64,000 nucleotides of DNA from Eledone cirrhosa (lineage: Eukaryota): positions 3,658,001 to 3,722,000 of the forward strand of contig OZ024742.1 in the NCBI GenBank assembly GCA_964016885.1, in the 5' to 3' direction. The notes under the pieces are model-generated. The model made no database searches and had not been told where the DNA came from. It saw only the letters and a list, made by a program, of their open reading frames with translations. Positions 1-13,973 of this stretch are shown piece after piece. Position numbers and translations under genes: made by a program. Positions within the stretch are counted from its first letter, which is position 1, and every line of letters begins with the position of its first letter.

Positions 1-265
1 GTGTATGCGGTATGTGTATATGTGTATGCGGTATGTGTATATGTGTATGCGGTATGTGTATATGTGTATGCGGTATGGGTATATGTGTATGCGGTATGTG
101 TATATGTGTATGCGGTATGTGTATATGTGTATGCGGTATGTGTATATGTGTATGCGGTATATGTATATGTGTATGCGGTATGCGTATGCGGTATGCGTAT
201 ATGTGTATATGTGTATATGTGTATGCGGTATGTGTATGTGTATGCGGTATGTGTATATGTGTGTG

Positions 266-360
<95 letters not shown>
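1..360. repeat. 21-bp minisatellite (GTGTATGCGGTATGTGTATAT)n grading into (TG)n
   Basis: Directly visible tandem units; the overlapping YAVCV/CVCV ORFs are repeat artefacts. Confidence 0.95.
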
Positions 361-363
<3 letters not shown>

Positions 364-434
364 CCGTAAAAAATACTTTTTTTCACTTTCTGTTCATTCT
401 TCTTTTTGCTTTATTCTTTTCTGTCATTCATTCT

Positions 435-472
435 ATCTTCTAATGAAGGACGAACGCCTGAAAAGTTAAGAT
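435..472 (+). ncRNA. Decayed minimal type I hammerhead ribozyme
   Basis: ATCTT-CTAATGA-AGG..CCT-GAAA-AG-TT-AAGAT: stems I and II pair, but core G5 is A, so probably inactive. Confidence 0.5.
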
Positions 473-596
473 TCGTTTCCTGCTATATCACGTGTGAAAC
501 TAATATATAACACCTTAGTGGGCAGCTTTGTTGGTTCTGGTCGTTGACTTATCGCGCATATACATATATGTGTGAGGAGGATAGCGAGGGAAAAAA

Positions 597-1506
597 AGCG
601 AGAAAAAAAGAGTGAGAGAAAGAGCGAGAGAGAAAGAGTGAGTGAAAGAGTTAGAGAAAGAGTGAAAGAGAAAGAGTGAGAGAGAAAGAGTGAGAGAAAG
701 AGTGAGTGAGAGAGAAAGAGTGAGAGAAAGAGTGAGAGAGAAAGAGTGAGAGAAAGAGTGAGCGAAAGAAAGAGCGAAAGAGTCAGAGAAAGAAAGAGCG
801 AAAGAGTGAGAGAAAGAGTGAGCGAGAGAAAGAGTGAGAGAAAGAGTGAGCGAAAGAAAGAGCGAGAGAAAGAGTGAGAGAAAGAGTGAGCGAAAGAAAG
901 AGCGAGAGAAAGAGTGAGAGAAAGAGTGAGAGAAAGAAAGAGTGAGAGAAAGAGTGAGAGAAAGAGTGAGAGAAAAAGAGCGAGAGAGAAAGAGTGAGAG
1001 AAAGAGTGAGAGAAAGAGCGAGAGAAAGAGTGAGAGAAAGAGCGAGAGAAAGAGTGAGAGAGTGAGTGAGAGAAAGAGTGAGCGAAAGAGTGAGAGAAAG
1101 AGTGAGAAAAATAGTGAGAGAAAGAGTGAACGAAATAGTGAGAGAAAGAGAGAGAGAAATAGTGAGAGAAAGAGTGAGCGAAAGAATGAGAGAAAAAGAG
1201 AGAGAAAGAGTGAGAGAAAGAGTGAGCGAAAGAGCGAGAGAAAGAGAGAGAAAGAGTGAGCCAAAGAGTGAGAGAAAAAGAGAGTGAAGGAGTGAGAGAA
1301 AGAGTGAGAGAAAGAAAGAGCGAAAGAGTGAGAAAAAGAGTGAGCGAAAGAGTGAGAGAAAGAGTGAGAGAAAGAGTGAGAGAAAGAATGAGCGAAAGAA
1401 AGAGCGAAAGAGTGAGAGAAAGAGTGAGCGAAAGAGTGAGAGAAAGAGTGAGCGAAAGAAATAGCGAAAGAGTGAGCGAGAGAAAGAGTGAGCGAAAGCG
1501 TGAGAA
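597..1506. repeat. 12-bp purine-rich minisatellite (GAGAAAGAGTGA)n
   Basis: Directly visible; gives the spurious SERK/SLFL ORFs. Confidence 0.95.
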
Positions 1507-4140
1507 ATTATGTTTCTATTATTTTCACCCTTCACAAATGCCATTTGAATTTCAACGTCTATTATTAAAGCAATGACAATCTGAAACCTCTTGCATTTTT
1601 CTAACAATGTTCTGAAAATTACTTGTGAAATCTACTTCCATAATTACCCTGTAATTTCCATATTCATTACTAAATTATATACTTGTTAGACATTGTTTTG
1701 TTATCTCCCCCGTTAGTAGTATATTGTCTCACATATTATTCCTCATTATCTTAAAATTATAATTGTAAAATTCTCCTTTGTATTATCTGAAAAACATTGT
1801 TTACGAAATCATCAACGGAATCATTTTCATCATCATCATTTGCAAGCTCCATTTTTTATGTTGATGTCTCTTATGAGAAAATGTACACTCCTCATTCACA
1901 ATCGAGTATGACTTGGTAGCATGTACCATGCCTTTTGTTGTTAAGGATTTTTAGGTGCCTATAGAGTTGTAAGCCGTTACATTCTCTCGACCTTCCCTCC
2001 TTTCCTTTGATCCAGTGGAACATCCAAGATGATAGCTGGATTGTCAGTGGGCTGCACTAGCTAGGACTTTCTTTATCGCTCCCCCAAAGAAAGGAGATGG
2101 AAATCTGTACGATTTGAACACAGAGGTCAAGAACAAATAACCACTGCTCTACCGACTCTGCCAAATCGATCACCTTGCCTTATAGAAGTTCTTTGAGTAA
2201 TTTCATATTGATTTTATTTATTTATTTTTTATTTGAAAACAAAACAAATTACGCTATTCAATGAAACGAAATAAATAACAAATCAGTTATTTTATGTTTT
2301 TCTCTAACATTGTCCTTTAATGTAATTATTTTATTATGTAAGAAGAGCATCCGATTTTTTCTGTCAGTTTAGAGACTGCGATTCGTCTCAACTTTCTCAC
2401 AGCTCAGCCTAGTCAAGTCTCCAAGTAAAAGACAACAAAGAAAGAATAGTTGTCTCTACTACCTTACAAATATATATTGCTTCAACAGATAGGGTGGCAG
2501 GACAGCACCCTGAACTCTTTTCAGAGCCTTAGAATCAAGTGGGAGGGAAGGAGGAAGGTATCTGCTAACAACAGGCTGGTTCGAATGCTTAAAAGTGAGT
2601 GGATTTCGTCACCTTTACTTGGGGTTTGGGTTAGGGTAAACCAGATGACGGAAGGAATAGGAGAAAAAGTTCAGAGTACAGAGACAATAAATAGTACGGC
2701 AAATTCTTCTATTTGAGTTGTTAATTCCTCACCTTGGTTTATATAGGAGACACTGTGATATAGTTTGATAAACGTTGACAAAAGTATTTATTTAGAATAT
2801 ATATCCTACAGCACTAATGGCAATATAAATTACTGAAGCAATTAACTCTCTAATTATATTGTTTGAATATCATTTCCATAAGCAGATAAATCTGAATATT
2901 ATAAAAGGAACCAATTAGGGAAACCTCTGCATGGTCACTACAATTGCTAGAAATAATAATCAAAACTATCTGAAATCTTAACACTACTATCTGAAAAAAA
3001 AAAAAATTGACACGGAGTAATATAGTCTTAGATATACTTTGCCAAATGTAAAGATGTGTTGGAATCAATTTTAATGCTCTTGAGCATAGGTCTGTTCAAT
3101 CACTTGTGATTGAAGGCTGGAGAACAACAACAGCAACAACAGCAGCAGTGGCAGGAACAGGAATTTAAAATAAGGCACATGTTCAGAAGAAGAACATCTT
3201 CTGGAGTAGGAGAAGCGCTAAATTATTGATTGTTGTTAAAACACTTCATTGATAATTCTCCATCAAACTTGATAAAGCTCAGTAAGAAATAAAACATAAT
3301 CTCATTCAAAAATAAAATATTAATAATTAATAATAAACATAACATAAACATAATTACTACGAGAAAAAGCAAAAGGCCAAAGTTTCGGTCTCTGGTTTTT
3401 ATCTGAAACGTGGTAAATCACAATTTCCTATAGGATATGTGACGTTGGATTCGCCCAGTCGGTAGAGATTGCATCTTAAATCCCAAAGAAAATAATTCAG
3501 ATAATTTCCCCCTAAACTCCTAAATTTATATCACTTCTATTGTCTTGTCTGTTTGATTTCTAGTTTTTGTACCATTCTCGTGATATTGTTATAGAAATGT
3601 TAAAAGGAACCGCAGGCGGTCGTAATTTAATATTAACGTGACATTTCTTGAAACATAACACGGAATATAAATGCGCTATGTTACACACAAAAAAAGTCAA
3701 TTTTTTTCTTGTGTTAAATTAGAAAGACACAGAAACTTGTAAAACTTGTCAAGCTTTATGTAGCAATACGAAAACTCTTTAGATGTTAAGGACACGTTGT
3801 AGTTTCAAACTCTAATGGGAATCATTACACTTCATATATACATTGATAAAGCTAATGGAAAAGTTTAAAATGAGGCATATTCAGCTGTATTCACACATTT
3901 AATTCAGCTATCCCCACTCTTGGCTTCCATAAAGTTCGTGAAATATTTGTTGGCAGCCAAAGTTACGTGAGTTTAAGAAAGATTAATTCGGTTGAAGTGT
4001 CACCTGCTCGACTGCAGTTAGACATTTCTTCCTGTTTTCAGCAACACAACAATTGTCTCCATTCAATTTAAAACATTCCCCAAAGGATAAAGTTCTGTCA
4101 AATATTTTCCACCTAACGAAAACGCCATACATCTATAGGT

Positions 4141-4172
<32 letters not shown>

Positions 4173-4202
4173 TGTATGTATGTATGTATGTATGTATGTA
4201 TG

Positions 4203-4253
<51 letters not shown>

Positions 4254-4436
4254 CCGCGGTCGGGTTATTAACACTCTCTATACCCACTCTCATCTCCGCA
4301 TGTATTAGTATGACGTAAGTGATTCCCGATGCTAATTACAATAAAAACAGTCAGTCTATACAAATAATAGTGGAGATATACGGGCGAAGTTCCCTGGATA
4401 CGTAAACAAATCCCACCAAACATTATATATATATAT

Positions 4437-5603
4437 AAAATTTAAAGGGTTTATACACATAAACTAGACAGAGCCATAGATATATGTATATCTTTGGCAA
4501 CCATTCACGGTGTAGCTCAATGACGAATTAATTAAATAAATAATTAACCATCAGAGCAATATATAAAAAATAAGTCCATAGAATCATTAGATAAATTATA
4601 TACAGTATTTCTTCTCCCAATCAGCATAAATCAACCACCAAAAAATCATTTAAACGAGGCTATAAGTTTATGAAGAAATAATAGGTAAATGATATAGCTT
4701 ATTATTCGCGACTCACAGCTACAGAAAATTTATCCAGTATTTCTGATAGCCTGTAGAAATTGACTAGACATATAGTTAACCATACATAATTAGGTATACA
4801 ATTAAAGTTAGAAGAAAAAATATACATAAACATACCAAAATCATCAAAATATCTCTACTACCGGCAGTTTCATTCCATTTTTGGATGTATCCGATCTTGG
4901 ATAAATCAACGAGATTGGAAATCATCAGGAGATAAACTCAATTGGACAAAGATTTTTCTTACAAGATCTCCGCCAGAAACGAATTCAAAATGGCTAAGAA
5001 TCGTCACGTGGCTTGTGGTCAAGGCAGAAAGTTTATGATTGGTGCCTGTCGGCGAGTAGGCTGGATGCTAGAAAGCGCTGCCAAATACTGCCTAAAGTTT
5101 TACTCAACCTTACGGGAGTATACAAAATTTAAAGGATATATACACATAAACTAGACAGAGCCATAGATATGTGTATATTTTTGGCAACCATTCACGGTGT
5201 GGTTCAATGACGAATTAATTAAATAAATAATTAGCAATCAGAGCAATATATCAAAAATAAGTCTAGAGAATCATTAGATCCAAAAATGGAATGAAACTGC
5301 CGATAGTAGAGATATTTTGGTTATTTTGGTATGTTTATGTACATTCTTTCTTCTAACTTTAATTTTATACCTAATTTTATCTGATTAAATATATGTCTAG
5401 TCAAATTCTACAGGCTATCAGAAATACTGGATGAATTTTCTGTAGCTGTGAGTCGCAGATAATAAGCTATATCATTTACCTATTATTTCTTCATAAGTAT
5501 ATTTTAAACTTATAGCCTCGTTTAAATGATTTTTTGTGTGGTTGATTTATGCTGATTGGGAGAAGAAATACTGTATATAATTTATCTAATGATTCTATGG
5601 ACT

Positions 5604-5608
<5 letters not shown>
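4437..5608 (-). mobile_element. Non-autonomous PLE/retrozyme-like element, ~686-nt unit with partial direct repeat and inverted 3' segment
   Basis: 4437-4590 recurs at 5123-5279; 5279-5608 is the reverse complement of ~4566-4885; contains an HHR; flanked by (AT)n; no credible ORF. Confidence 0.75.
4850..4934 (-). ncRNA. Type I hammerhead ribozyme
   Basis: Minus strand: UAUCUC-CUGAUGA-(U)UUCCA..UGGAA(U)-GAAA-CUGCCGGUAG-UA-GAGAUA; 6-bp stem I, GUA cleavage triplet. Confidence 0.85.
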
Positions 5609-5639
<31 letters not shown>

Positions 5640-6795
5640 TAATGGAACGCGTCCAATCCACCGACCTACACTGCTTCGGGCTCACCACCACTGACATCCA
5701 CCAACTCCTATCCATCGTCGTCGACAACACCTACTTCGGATTCCTTGACCAAATATACCAACAAACCTCGGGATTGCCCATGGGATCAAGCCTATCAGGT
5801 GTGCTAGCGATCTCCTACATGGACAACCTCGAACGCAAGGCACTCAATGCCTGCCACCCCAACGCCGTAGCCTTTTTCTCAAGATACGTGGACGATATCC
5901 TCATCCTCACATCTTCCCAAGACACGGCGAACAGAATCTATGAGACGTTCAACAACACGGACGAGAACATTGACTTCAGTGTTGAACACCCCAACGAAGA
6001 CGGGTCACTTGCCCTCCTTGACTTCCGAATCAACACCACGGAACAAGGAGGGATCCACTGCAACTTCTATAGAAAGGCAGCCTGCAGGGACCTATTCGTT
6101 CACTACAAGTCCGCCCTCTCTAACAGTGCCAAAAGAGGATACATCACGAACGAGATCGCGCGAATCAAAAACAGATGCAGCGATCCCGCGAGTGGTGTCA
6201 CTCATACCAAGCGATTCCTCGAGGTGCTGGAGACGAACGGGTACCCTACCTCGATCACAGGCAGAATAGGAGACACCAGACGCAAGAGACAGAGAAGCAC
6301 CCAAGGCAAGTGCTTCCTTAAAATGCCACACCTGGGCGAGAAAACCACCAACGCTATCCGCAAGGCTATACGGAGGGAGGGCCTCGACATCCACCTGGCC
6401 CACTCGGGCCCCTCCCTGCCAAGATGCCTCTCCAGGAAACCCGAAAAATCTACTGACGCATGCTCCGTCAGAGACTGCCCGATACGCCATGCTAACTGTT
6501 GCCTACGCACATACGTCGTGTATAAGATAGAATGTGACAGGTGCAACCAATACTACATAGGTAGCACAATTCGACCTTTGCACATCGGGATCAAGGAACA
6601 CACTAAAACCAGGGCCTCGTCTTTCCGGAAACTCATAGACAAATGCGGAAACAAAGACGGAAGGCCGATTGTCACAATTCTAGCGACTGAAAGAAACGTC
6701 GGCACGTTACGTATCAAGGAAGCGCTTTTTATGAAACGACTGCACCGCAAATAAACAACCGATCAGAGAGAAGCGAAATGAAATGGCTGGTTTAA
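5640..6795 (+). pseudogene. PLE reverse transcriptase (C-terminal half) + GIY-YIG endonuclease, truncated, with a frameshift near the end
   Basis: YQQTSGLPMGS, FSRYVDDI, LLDFRI, FYRK, Cys linker CSVRDCPI, VVYKIEC..C..YIGST.R..IKEH; the shifted frame gives PQINNRSE...WLV*. The first ~30 codons of track ORF 5549 are flank/(AT)n. Confidence 0.9.
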
Positions 6796-7204
6796 GTTAA
6801 CAAGCGATGCAACAACACACAACACACGCACACACACACACACACGCAACGAGACAACTACACACACACGCGCGCACACACACAGTAGCATTCCACCATA
6901 CGAACATACTACACTGCCAATACAGATGAACAAGGCAACAACACACACACACACAACACACACACTCAAGCGAGACAACAACACACGCACACACACACAG
7001 TAACATTTAACAAACAGGCAGAGAATGGACTGACAGCTAGCGCCATCCCACTCCCTCATTCGGCCGCTGACCTCTGTACGACCGACCCCATTTCACGCGC
7101 ACGCGCGCTCTGCCGAATACCTCAGATATTCAAAACAACAAACAGCGAAAGACGCGTTCCGGACTTGTCCGACAGACAACCTTTTCCCTCACCCCGGAAA
7201 AAAA

Positions 7205-7240
7205 CCCCAGTTGATGGATGCGACTCCGAAATATATAGGG
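7205..7240 (+). ncRNA. Decayed minimal hammerhead in PLE 3' end
   Basis: CCC-CAGTTGA-T-GGA..TCC-GAAA-TATA-TA-GGG; two mismatches to CUGAUGA. Confidence 0.5.
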
Positions 7241-7500
7241 ACTATTAAATCTCTCCCAAGTTAACTCTCTCTTGTGTTGCTATTTTTATTTTATCCTTTA
7301 TACTCTTCCCTTCATTCTACACATCTCACACATATTATACACACCACGCATCTCAACGTACACCCACTTACATCTCTCTCTCCACCACCGGACCTTGCTA
7401 CCCGGAGATTTACCCATTTGCTTTGTCGAGGCTTCCAAACGACTTAAAGATATTTACTTATTGTTCCACAATGCTTCAAGCAAACTTCAATACTCTCTTA

Positions 7501-7555
<55 letters not shown>

Positions 7556-7588
7556 AGATTTGAATGGATACAGTTTAGTTGAAAGGAA

Positions 7589-7707
7589 TTTATTGACACG
7601 TGTTTCTATAACAGTTACATAACCTAAAACAGCTATCTACAAACTTTTAGTTATGCAGACATTCAATATTTCAATGTTATTGTTTACTGTCATTTCATCA
7701 GAATAAT
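7589..7707 (-). ncRNA. Hammerhead ribozyme with long branched stem II (Naiad copy A)
   Basis: Reverse complement of the motif at 17243-17361. Confidence 0.8.
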
Positions 7708-8292
7708 ATTACTGAGGACCTATTTAGTTTTTATAGAGAATATTAGGAGGAAGGGGTGAAGTTGTTAGAAGAATAGTTGAAGGAGTGGTTTTTCGATAGC
7801 AGTGAGAATTCTTGGTGGCAGTGATTAATTAGATTCCCATCTGTTGTTTTGACATTTTTTATAGAATATATTATTGGTTATTTTTCTAAATCTATAGAAG
7901 GATTAGAGATAGTAAAGATATGCGTGGTTGGTTTTGTGTTTGCACTTAACATTCAGACTTAAATTTTTCTTTCAAGTGTACGTATTCTTTCACCCACGCA
8001 TTCACACACAAATATATTTGCACACCTCTACAAAATACATATACTCACAGTTCACATATTCATACTTACATATATATACACATGCATACACATATATATA
8101 CACACATGTATTCATGTACATACATACGCGCTCATGTGTATACATTTTCATACTCAACTTATCTTTATATATACACACGTATAGACACACACATATATAC
8201 ATACATACTCTAGTCCATGTGTACACACATACACATACATACACATCCATATACACATACATACATACACATATATATATATACATATATAC

Positions 8293-8329
<37 letters not shown>

Positions 8330-8352
8330 CACATACATATATACACACATAT

Positions 8353-8385
<33 letters not shown>

Positions 8386-8654
8386 AGCACTTTAATACAT
8401 GAATACACTTACATCTAACTATACACATCAAACATATATATATATTTACTTATTTATATACATTTTCACATATATATACATACTTATGGACGTTTTTAGA
8501 CACATTCATTATCGCATATTTGTACCTATTCTCATCAGCATATCTTTTCATTATTAGTATGGTAATTTAAGGTTATTAATATATGTTGAGAAGAGATTGT
8601 TTTTATATTTTTCTAACTAGATTAAGGTTTATATAGTTGGGGGATGTCCCTCTT

Positions 8655-10735
8655 TTATGTAATATTCTGCTTGTAGTGGGAAAAAAGGGTTTTAGTTCTG
8701 TGACGGCAGAATAATGTTCGTTCAATTCTGTTATTCAGCAGTTTCTTCTTGTGTGTGATTATGTAATAAATCTCAAGATTACACAATTTGCAGAAATTTT
8801 GGCTCCTGGAAAAGCTCTGGGTTTTAGCTAATTTTTCCCATTTTAGGGTAAACTTTTGATTGCTATCCCTGAGCGTCCAAGCTTTTTCTGCTAAAGTTGT
8901 TACATTTCTTTGGCTCTGATGTTTTATTGAGTAAGAATGCCTATACAATCGAGATTTAAACGATGTTGCCGTTGATCCCACGTAATACCACTCGTTGCCT
9001 CCGGATTTAATGGTACACTTATAAATAATATTTTTTTCCAGGCAGTTATTGCCGAGGGGGCAGTTGTCAGGATAGGTGCAGTTACAGTTGTGTACGTTGG
9101 GTTTTCTCTGGAGTAGTATTGCGGACGAACTTAGGTGTGGTTTATTTATGTTCTGTAGTGTATTGTCTACTGTTTTTTTGGGGTTCTTTGTACTTAAGTT
9201 CTTAGTGTTTTCGTTTAACCTTCTAGTATTGATCTTTTTTATGTGTTGTTCAAGGTTTAACGCTGTAGAGTATGACAGTCTTATAGTGGTAGGGTTTAGG
9301 ATTTTGTGGTATTTGTGTGATGTGGGAAAATGTCTTTTAATTATTTTAAAGAAGAGTACTGGTAAATTCGTACTAATGGAGCTATTGTATTCGGGGTTAT
9401 ACCATAAGTACTCTTTGCATCGCTTTCTATTAGTTTTGTTTGTTGGTTTACTGGTGTGCATACTATGGTAGTAAGTGTGGTTTGGTGTTGTGTTATTATA
9501 TCTACCTATGTGGGATTTATTTTGGGTGTTTTGATTGTTCCCATCTATGTACTCTATTTTGTTGAGGTAGCCTGCTTTACTAAGGGCGTTATCGTAGTAC
9601 TCGGCGTGTTCCTTAAATACTTGTATGTTAGAAGATAGACCCGAGATTCTAAGGGAAATATTTTTAGGGATAGATTTAATTATAGAGATGGGGTGGTTAG
9701 ACCCAACATTTACGTATTTGAGATTTTCATTCAATTTATGAAACGGTTTAATCAAACCAGAGTTTAAATTGAGTGTGACATCCAGGAAGTTAACTACTTT
9801 AAGGTTGTATTCATATGTTATAGTTAGTCCTATTTCGAGTAGTAGTTTTCTTATATCTTTGCGTTGTTTTTCTAGTTTTTGGTTATTAAGGTTTTTAGCT
9901 AGGAGGAGAACATCGTCGCAGTATATTCCGCCGTGGAGATTGCTGAATTTTTCCTGGAGTCTAAAGGCGATAAATAACCCCACAATATCAGTTATTTCCG
10001 CCGAATCGTTAGAGCCCATTGTTATGTCAAAGTTAGAGGGTCTATCTTTACGTACCCAATAACTGTTCTCAAATTTGACTATAGTTTTCCTAGCTTCTAA
10101 TATAATCTTAATTTCATCGTTTGTAAGGTCGGAGTTATCCTTAGCAAACTTAATGGCTCTATTCAAAGTTTCGGGTGATATCGATGAGTAATATTCATCG
10201 ATATCAAACTGGATAAACTTAGATTTATTCTTATTGCTAATGCTATTAAACCATCTTATTGCTTCTTGGGTCTTCCCCCAGAGTTTAATGTTAACCTTAG
10301 CCTTAATTTGGGGGATGATTCTATCTAAGATATATTTGCTTATTTTTCCTATATCTGATTTAGAGGGGCAGATTAATCTAATTTTAGGGTCATTATCAAA
10401 GTTTACCTTGTGGTCCTTAAGATTGAAAGTGGGTACCGCCGGTAAGAGTGGTCCTGTCCTATCTTCGATTCCGAGATTTTTCACTATTTCGCATGCCTCA
10501 TCATTGATGTGCTTAAGGGTTACTTCACTCGTTTTTCTATATTTTTTATGTAATTCTTTTCGAATGAAGTTGTTGTATGTAGTGCAATCCATAGTGTACA
10601 GGTTTGATGTTTTGTCCGCTTTTACTACAATTCCTTTGGTGTTTTTAAGGTCGTCCAGTAGTTTTTTTATATCTTTCTGTAATTTGCTGTTGGTGTTGCG
10701 TCCTTTGAATTTAATTTTAAGGATTAAGTTCATAA
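8655..10735 (-). pseudogene. Naiad RT-GIY-YIG, 5'-truncated inverted copy (YRDD changed to YCDD)
   Basis: Track ORF 8655..10790; its N-terminal ~19 aa come from a duplicated internal RT segment, so it is a chimaera. Confidence 0.9.
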
Positions 10736-10802
10736 TTATAGAGATGGGGTGGTTAGACCCAACATTTACGTATTTGAGATTTTCATTCAATTTATGTTCT
10801 CA

Positions 10803-12730
10803 AATTACATAAAAAATATAGAAAAACGAGTGAAGTAACCCTTAAGCACATCAATGATGAGGCATTCGAAATAGTGAAAAATCTCGGAATCGAAGATAGG
10901 ACAGGACCACTCTTACCGGCGGTACCCACTTTCAATCTTAAGGACCACAAGGTAAACTTTGATAATGACCCTAAAATTAGATTAATCTGCCCCTCTAAAT
11001 CAGATATAGGAAAAATAAGCAAATATATCTTAGATAGAATCATCCCCCAAATTAAGGCTAAGGTTAACATTAAACTCTGGGGGAAGACCCAAGAAGCAAT
11101 AAGATGGTTTAATAGCATTAGCAATAAGAATAAATCTAAGTTTATCCAGTTTGATATCGATGAATATTACTCATCGATATCACCCGAAACTTTGAATAGA
11201 GCCATTAAGTTTGCTAAGGATAACTCCGACCTTACAAACGATGAAATTAAGATTATATTAGAAGCTAGGAAAACTATAGTCAAATTTGAGAACAGTTATT
11301 GGGTACGTAAAGATAGACCCTCTAACTTTGACATAACAATGGGCTCTAACGATTCGGCGGAAATAACTGATATTGTGGGGTTATTTATCGCCTTTAGACT
11401 CCAGGAAAAATTCAGCAATCTCCACGGCGGAATATACCGCGACGATGTTCTCCTCCTAGCTAAAAACCTTAATAACCAAAAACTAGAAAAACAACGCAAA
11501 GATATAAGAAAACTACTACTCGAAATAGGACTAACTATAACATATGAATACAACCTTAAAGTAGTTAACTTCCTGGATGTCACACTCAATTTAAACTCTG
11601 GTTTGATTAAACCGTTTCATAAATTGAATGAAAATCTCAAATACGTAAATGTTGGGTCTAACCACCCCATCTCTATAATTAAATCTATCCCTAAAAATAT
11701 TTCCCTTAGAATCTCGGGTCTATCTTCTAACATACAAGTATTTAAGGAACACGCCGAGTACTACGATAACGCCCTTAGTAAAGCAGGCTACCTCAACAAA
11801 ATAGAGTACATAGATGGGAACAATCAAAACACCCAAAATAAATCCCACATAGGTAGATATAATAACACAACACCAAACCACACTTACTACCATAGTATGC
11901 ACACCAGTAAACCAACAAACAAAACTAATAGAAAGCGATGCAAAGAGTACTTATGGTATAACCCCGAATACAATAGCTCCATTAGTACGAATTTACCAGT
12001 ACTCTTCTTTAAAATAATTAAAAGACATTTTCCCACATCACACAAATACCACAAAATCCTAAACCCTACCACTATAAGACTGTCATACTCTACAGCGTTA
12101 AACCTTGAACAACACATAAAAAAGATCAATACTAGAAGGTTAAACGAAAACACTAAGAACTTAAGTACAAAGAACCCCAAAAAAACAGTAGACAATACAC
12201 TACAGAACATAAATAAACCACACCTAAGTTCGTCCGCAATACTACTCCAGAGAAAACCCAACGTACACAACTGTAACTGCACCTATCCTGACAACTGCCC
12301 CCTCGGCAATAACTGCCTGGAAAAAAATATTATTTATAAGTGTACCATTAAATCCGGAGGCAACGAGTGGTATTACGTGGGATCAACGGCAACATCGTTT
12401 AAATCTCGATTGTATAGGCATTCTTACTCAATAAAACATCAGAGCCAAAGAAATGTAACAACTTTAGCAGAAAAAGCTTGGACGCTCAGGGATAGCAATC
12501 AAAAGTTTACCCTAAAATGGGAAAAATTAGCTAAAACCCAGAGCTTTTCCAGGAGCCAAAATTTCTGCAAATTGTGTAATCTTGAGATTTATTACATAAT
12601 CACACACAAGAAGAAACTGCTGAATAACAGAATTGAACGAACATTATTCTGCCGTCACAGAACTAAAACCCTTTTTTTCCCACTACAAGCAGAATATTAC
12701 ATAAAAGAGGGACATCCCCCAACTATATAA
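10803..12730 (+). pseudogene. Naiad RT-GIY-YIG, 5'-truncated tandem copy with a +1 frameshift at the extreme C-terminus
   Basis: Track ORF 10874..12730; extra T in the run at ~12672-12678. Confidence 0.9.
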
Positions 12731-12973
12731 ACCTTAATCTAGTTAGAAAAATATAAAAACAATCTCTTCTCAACATATATTAATAACCTTAAATTACCAT
12801 ACTAATAATGAAAAGATATGCTGATGAGAATAGGTACAAATATGCGATAATGAATGTGTCTAAAAACGTCCATAAGTATGTATATATATGTGAAAATGTA
12901 TATAAATAAGTAAATATATATATATGTTTGATGTGTATAGTTAGATGTAAGTGTATTCATGTATTAAAGTGCT

Positions 12974-13006
<33 letters not shown>

Positions 13007-13029
13007 ATATGTGTGTATATATGTATGTG

Positions 13030-13066
<37 letters not shown>

Positions 13067-13651
13067 GTATATATGTATATATATATATGTGTATGTATGT
13101 ATGTGTATATGGATGTGTATGTATGTGTATGTGTGTACACATGGACTAGAGTATGTATGTATATATGTGTGTGTCTATACGTGTGTATATATAAAGATAA
13201 GTTGAGTATGAAAATGTATACACATGAGCGCGTATGTATGTACATGAATACATGTGTGTATATATATGTGTATGCATGTGTATATATATGTAAGTATGAA
13301 TATGTGAACTGTGAGTATATGTATTTTGTAGAGGTGTGCAAATATATTTGTGTGTGAATGCGTGGGTGAAAGAATACGTACACTTGAAAGAAAAATTTAA
13401 GTCTGAATGTTAAGTGCAAACACAAAACCAACCACGCATATCTTTACTATCTCTAATCCTTCTATAGATTTAGAAAAATAACCAATAATATATTCTATAA
13501 AAAATGTCAAAACAACAGATGGGAATCTAATTAATCACTGCCACCAAGAATTCTCACTGCTATCGAAAAACCACTCCTTCAACTATTCTTCTAACAACTT
13601 CACCCCTTCCTCCTAATATTCTCTATAAAAACTAAATAGGTCCTCAGTAAT

Positions 13652-13770
13652 ATTATTCTGATGAAATGACAGTAAACAATAACATTGAAATATTGAATGT
13701 CTGCATAACTAAAAGTTTGTAGATAGCTGTTTTAGGTTATGTAACTGTTATAGAAACACGTGTCAATAAA
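13652..13770 (+). ncRNA. Hammerhead ribozyme with long branched stem II (Naiad copy B, 5' pLTR of the full-length copy)
   Basis: Same motif as 17243-17361, about 200 nt upstream of the ORF ATG. Confidence 0.8.
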
Positions 13771-13973
13771 TTCCTTTCAACTAAACTGTATCCATTCAAA
13801 TCTTTCTATTTTTCTCCGGATTACTTTTGGAACTACAACTGGAACCGTCGAGCAAACTCTACGTGAGCTGATAATCTACTGTGTGTAATATTTATATTAC
13901 AACACAACGGAAAAAACTGTATATTTACCTCCTGTAAAGTCGAGCAACCCACACAGCAAACGCAACCACAACA

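Larger units (their letters stand above)
5640..7505 (+). mobile_element. 5'-truncated Penelope-like element (C-terminal GIY-YIG type)
   Basis: RT plus GIY-YIG coding region followed by a CA-rich 3' UTR and a decayed HHR (7205-7240); (AT)n on both sides. Confidence 0.9.

Noticed and set aside
1552-1675. Minus-strand stretch ending MQEVSDCHCFNNRR*, resembling a cystine-knot C-terminus
   Set aside because: Short, no upstream exons found, likely chance.
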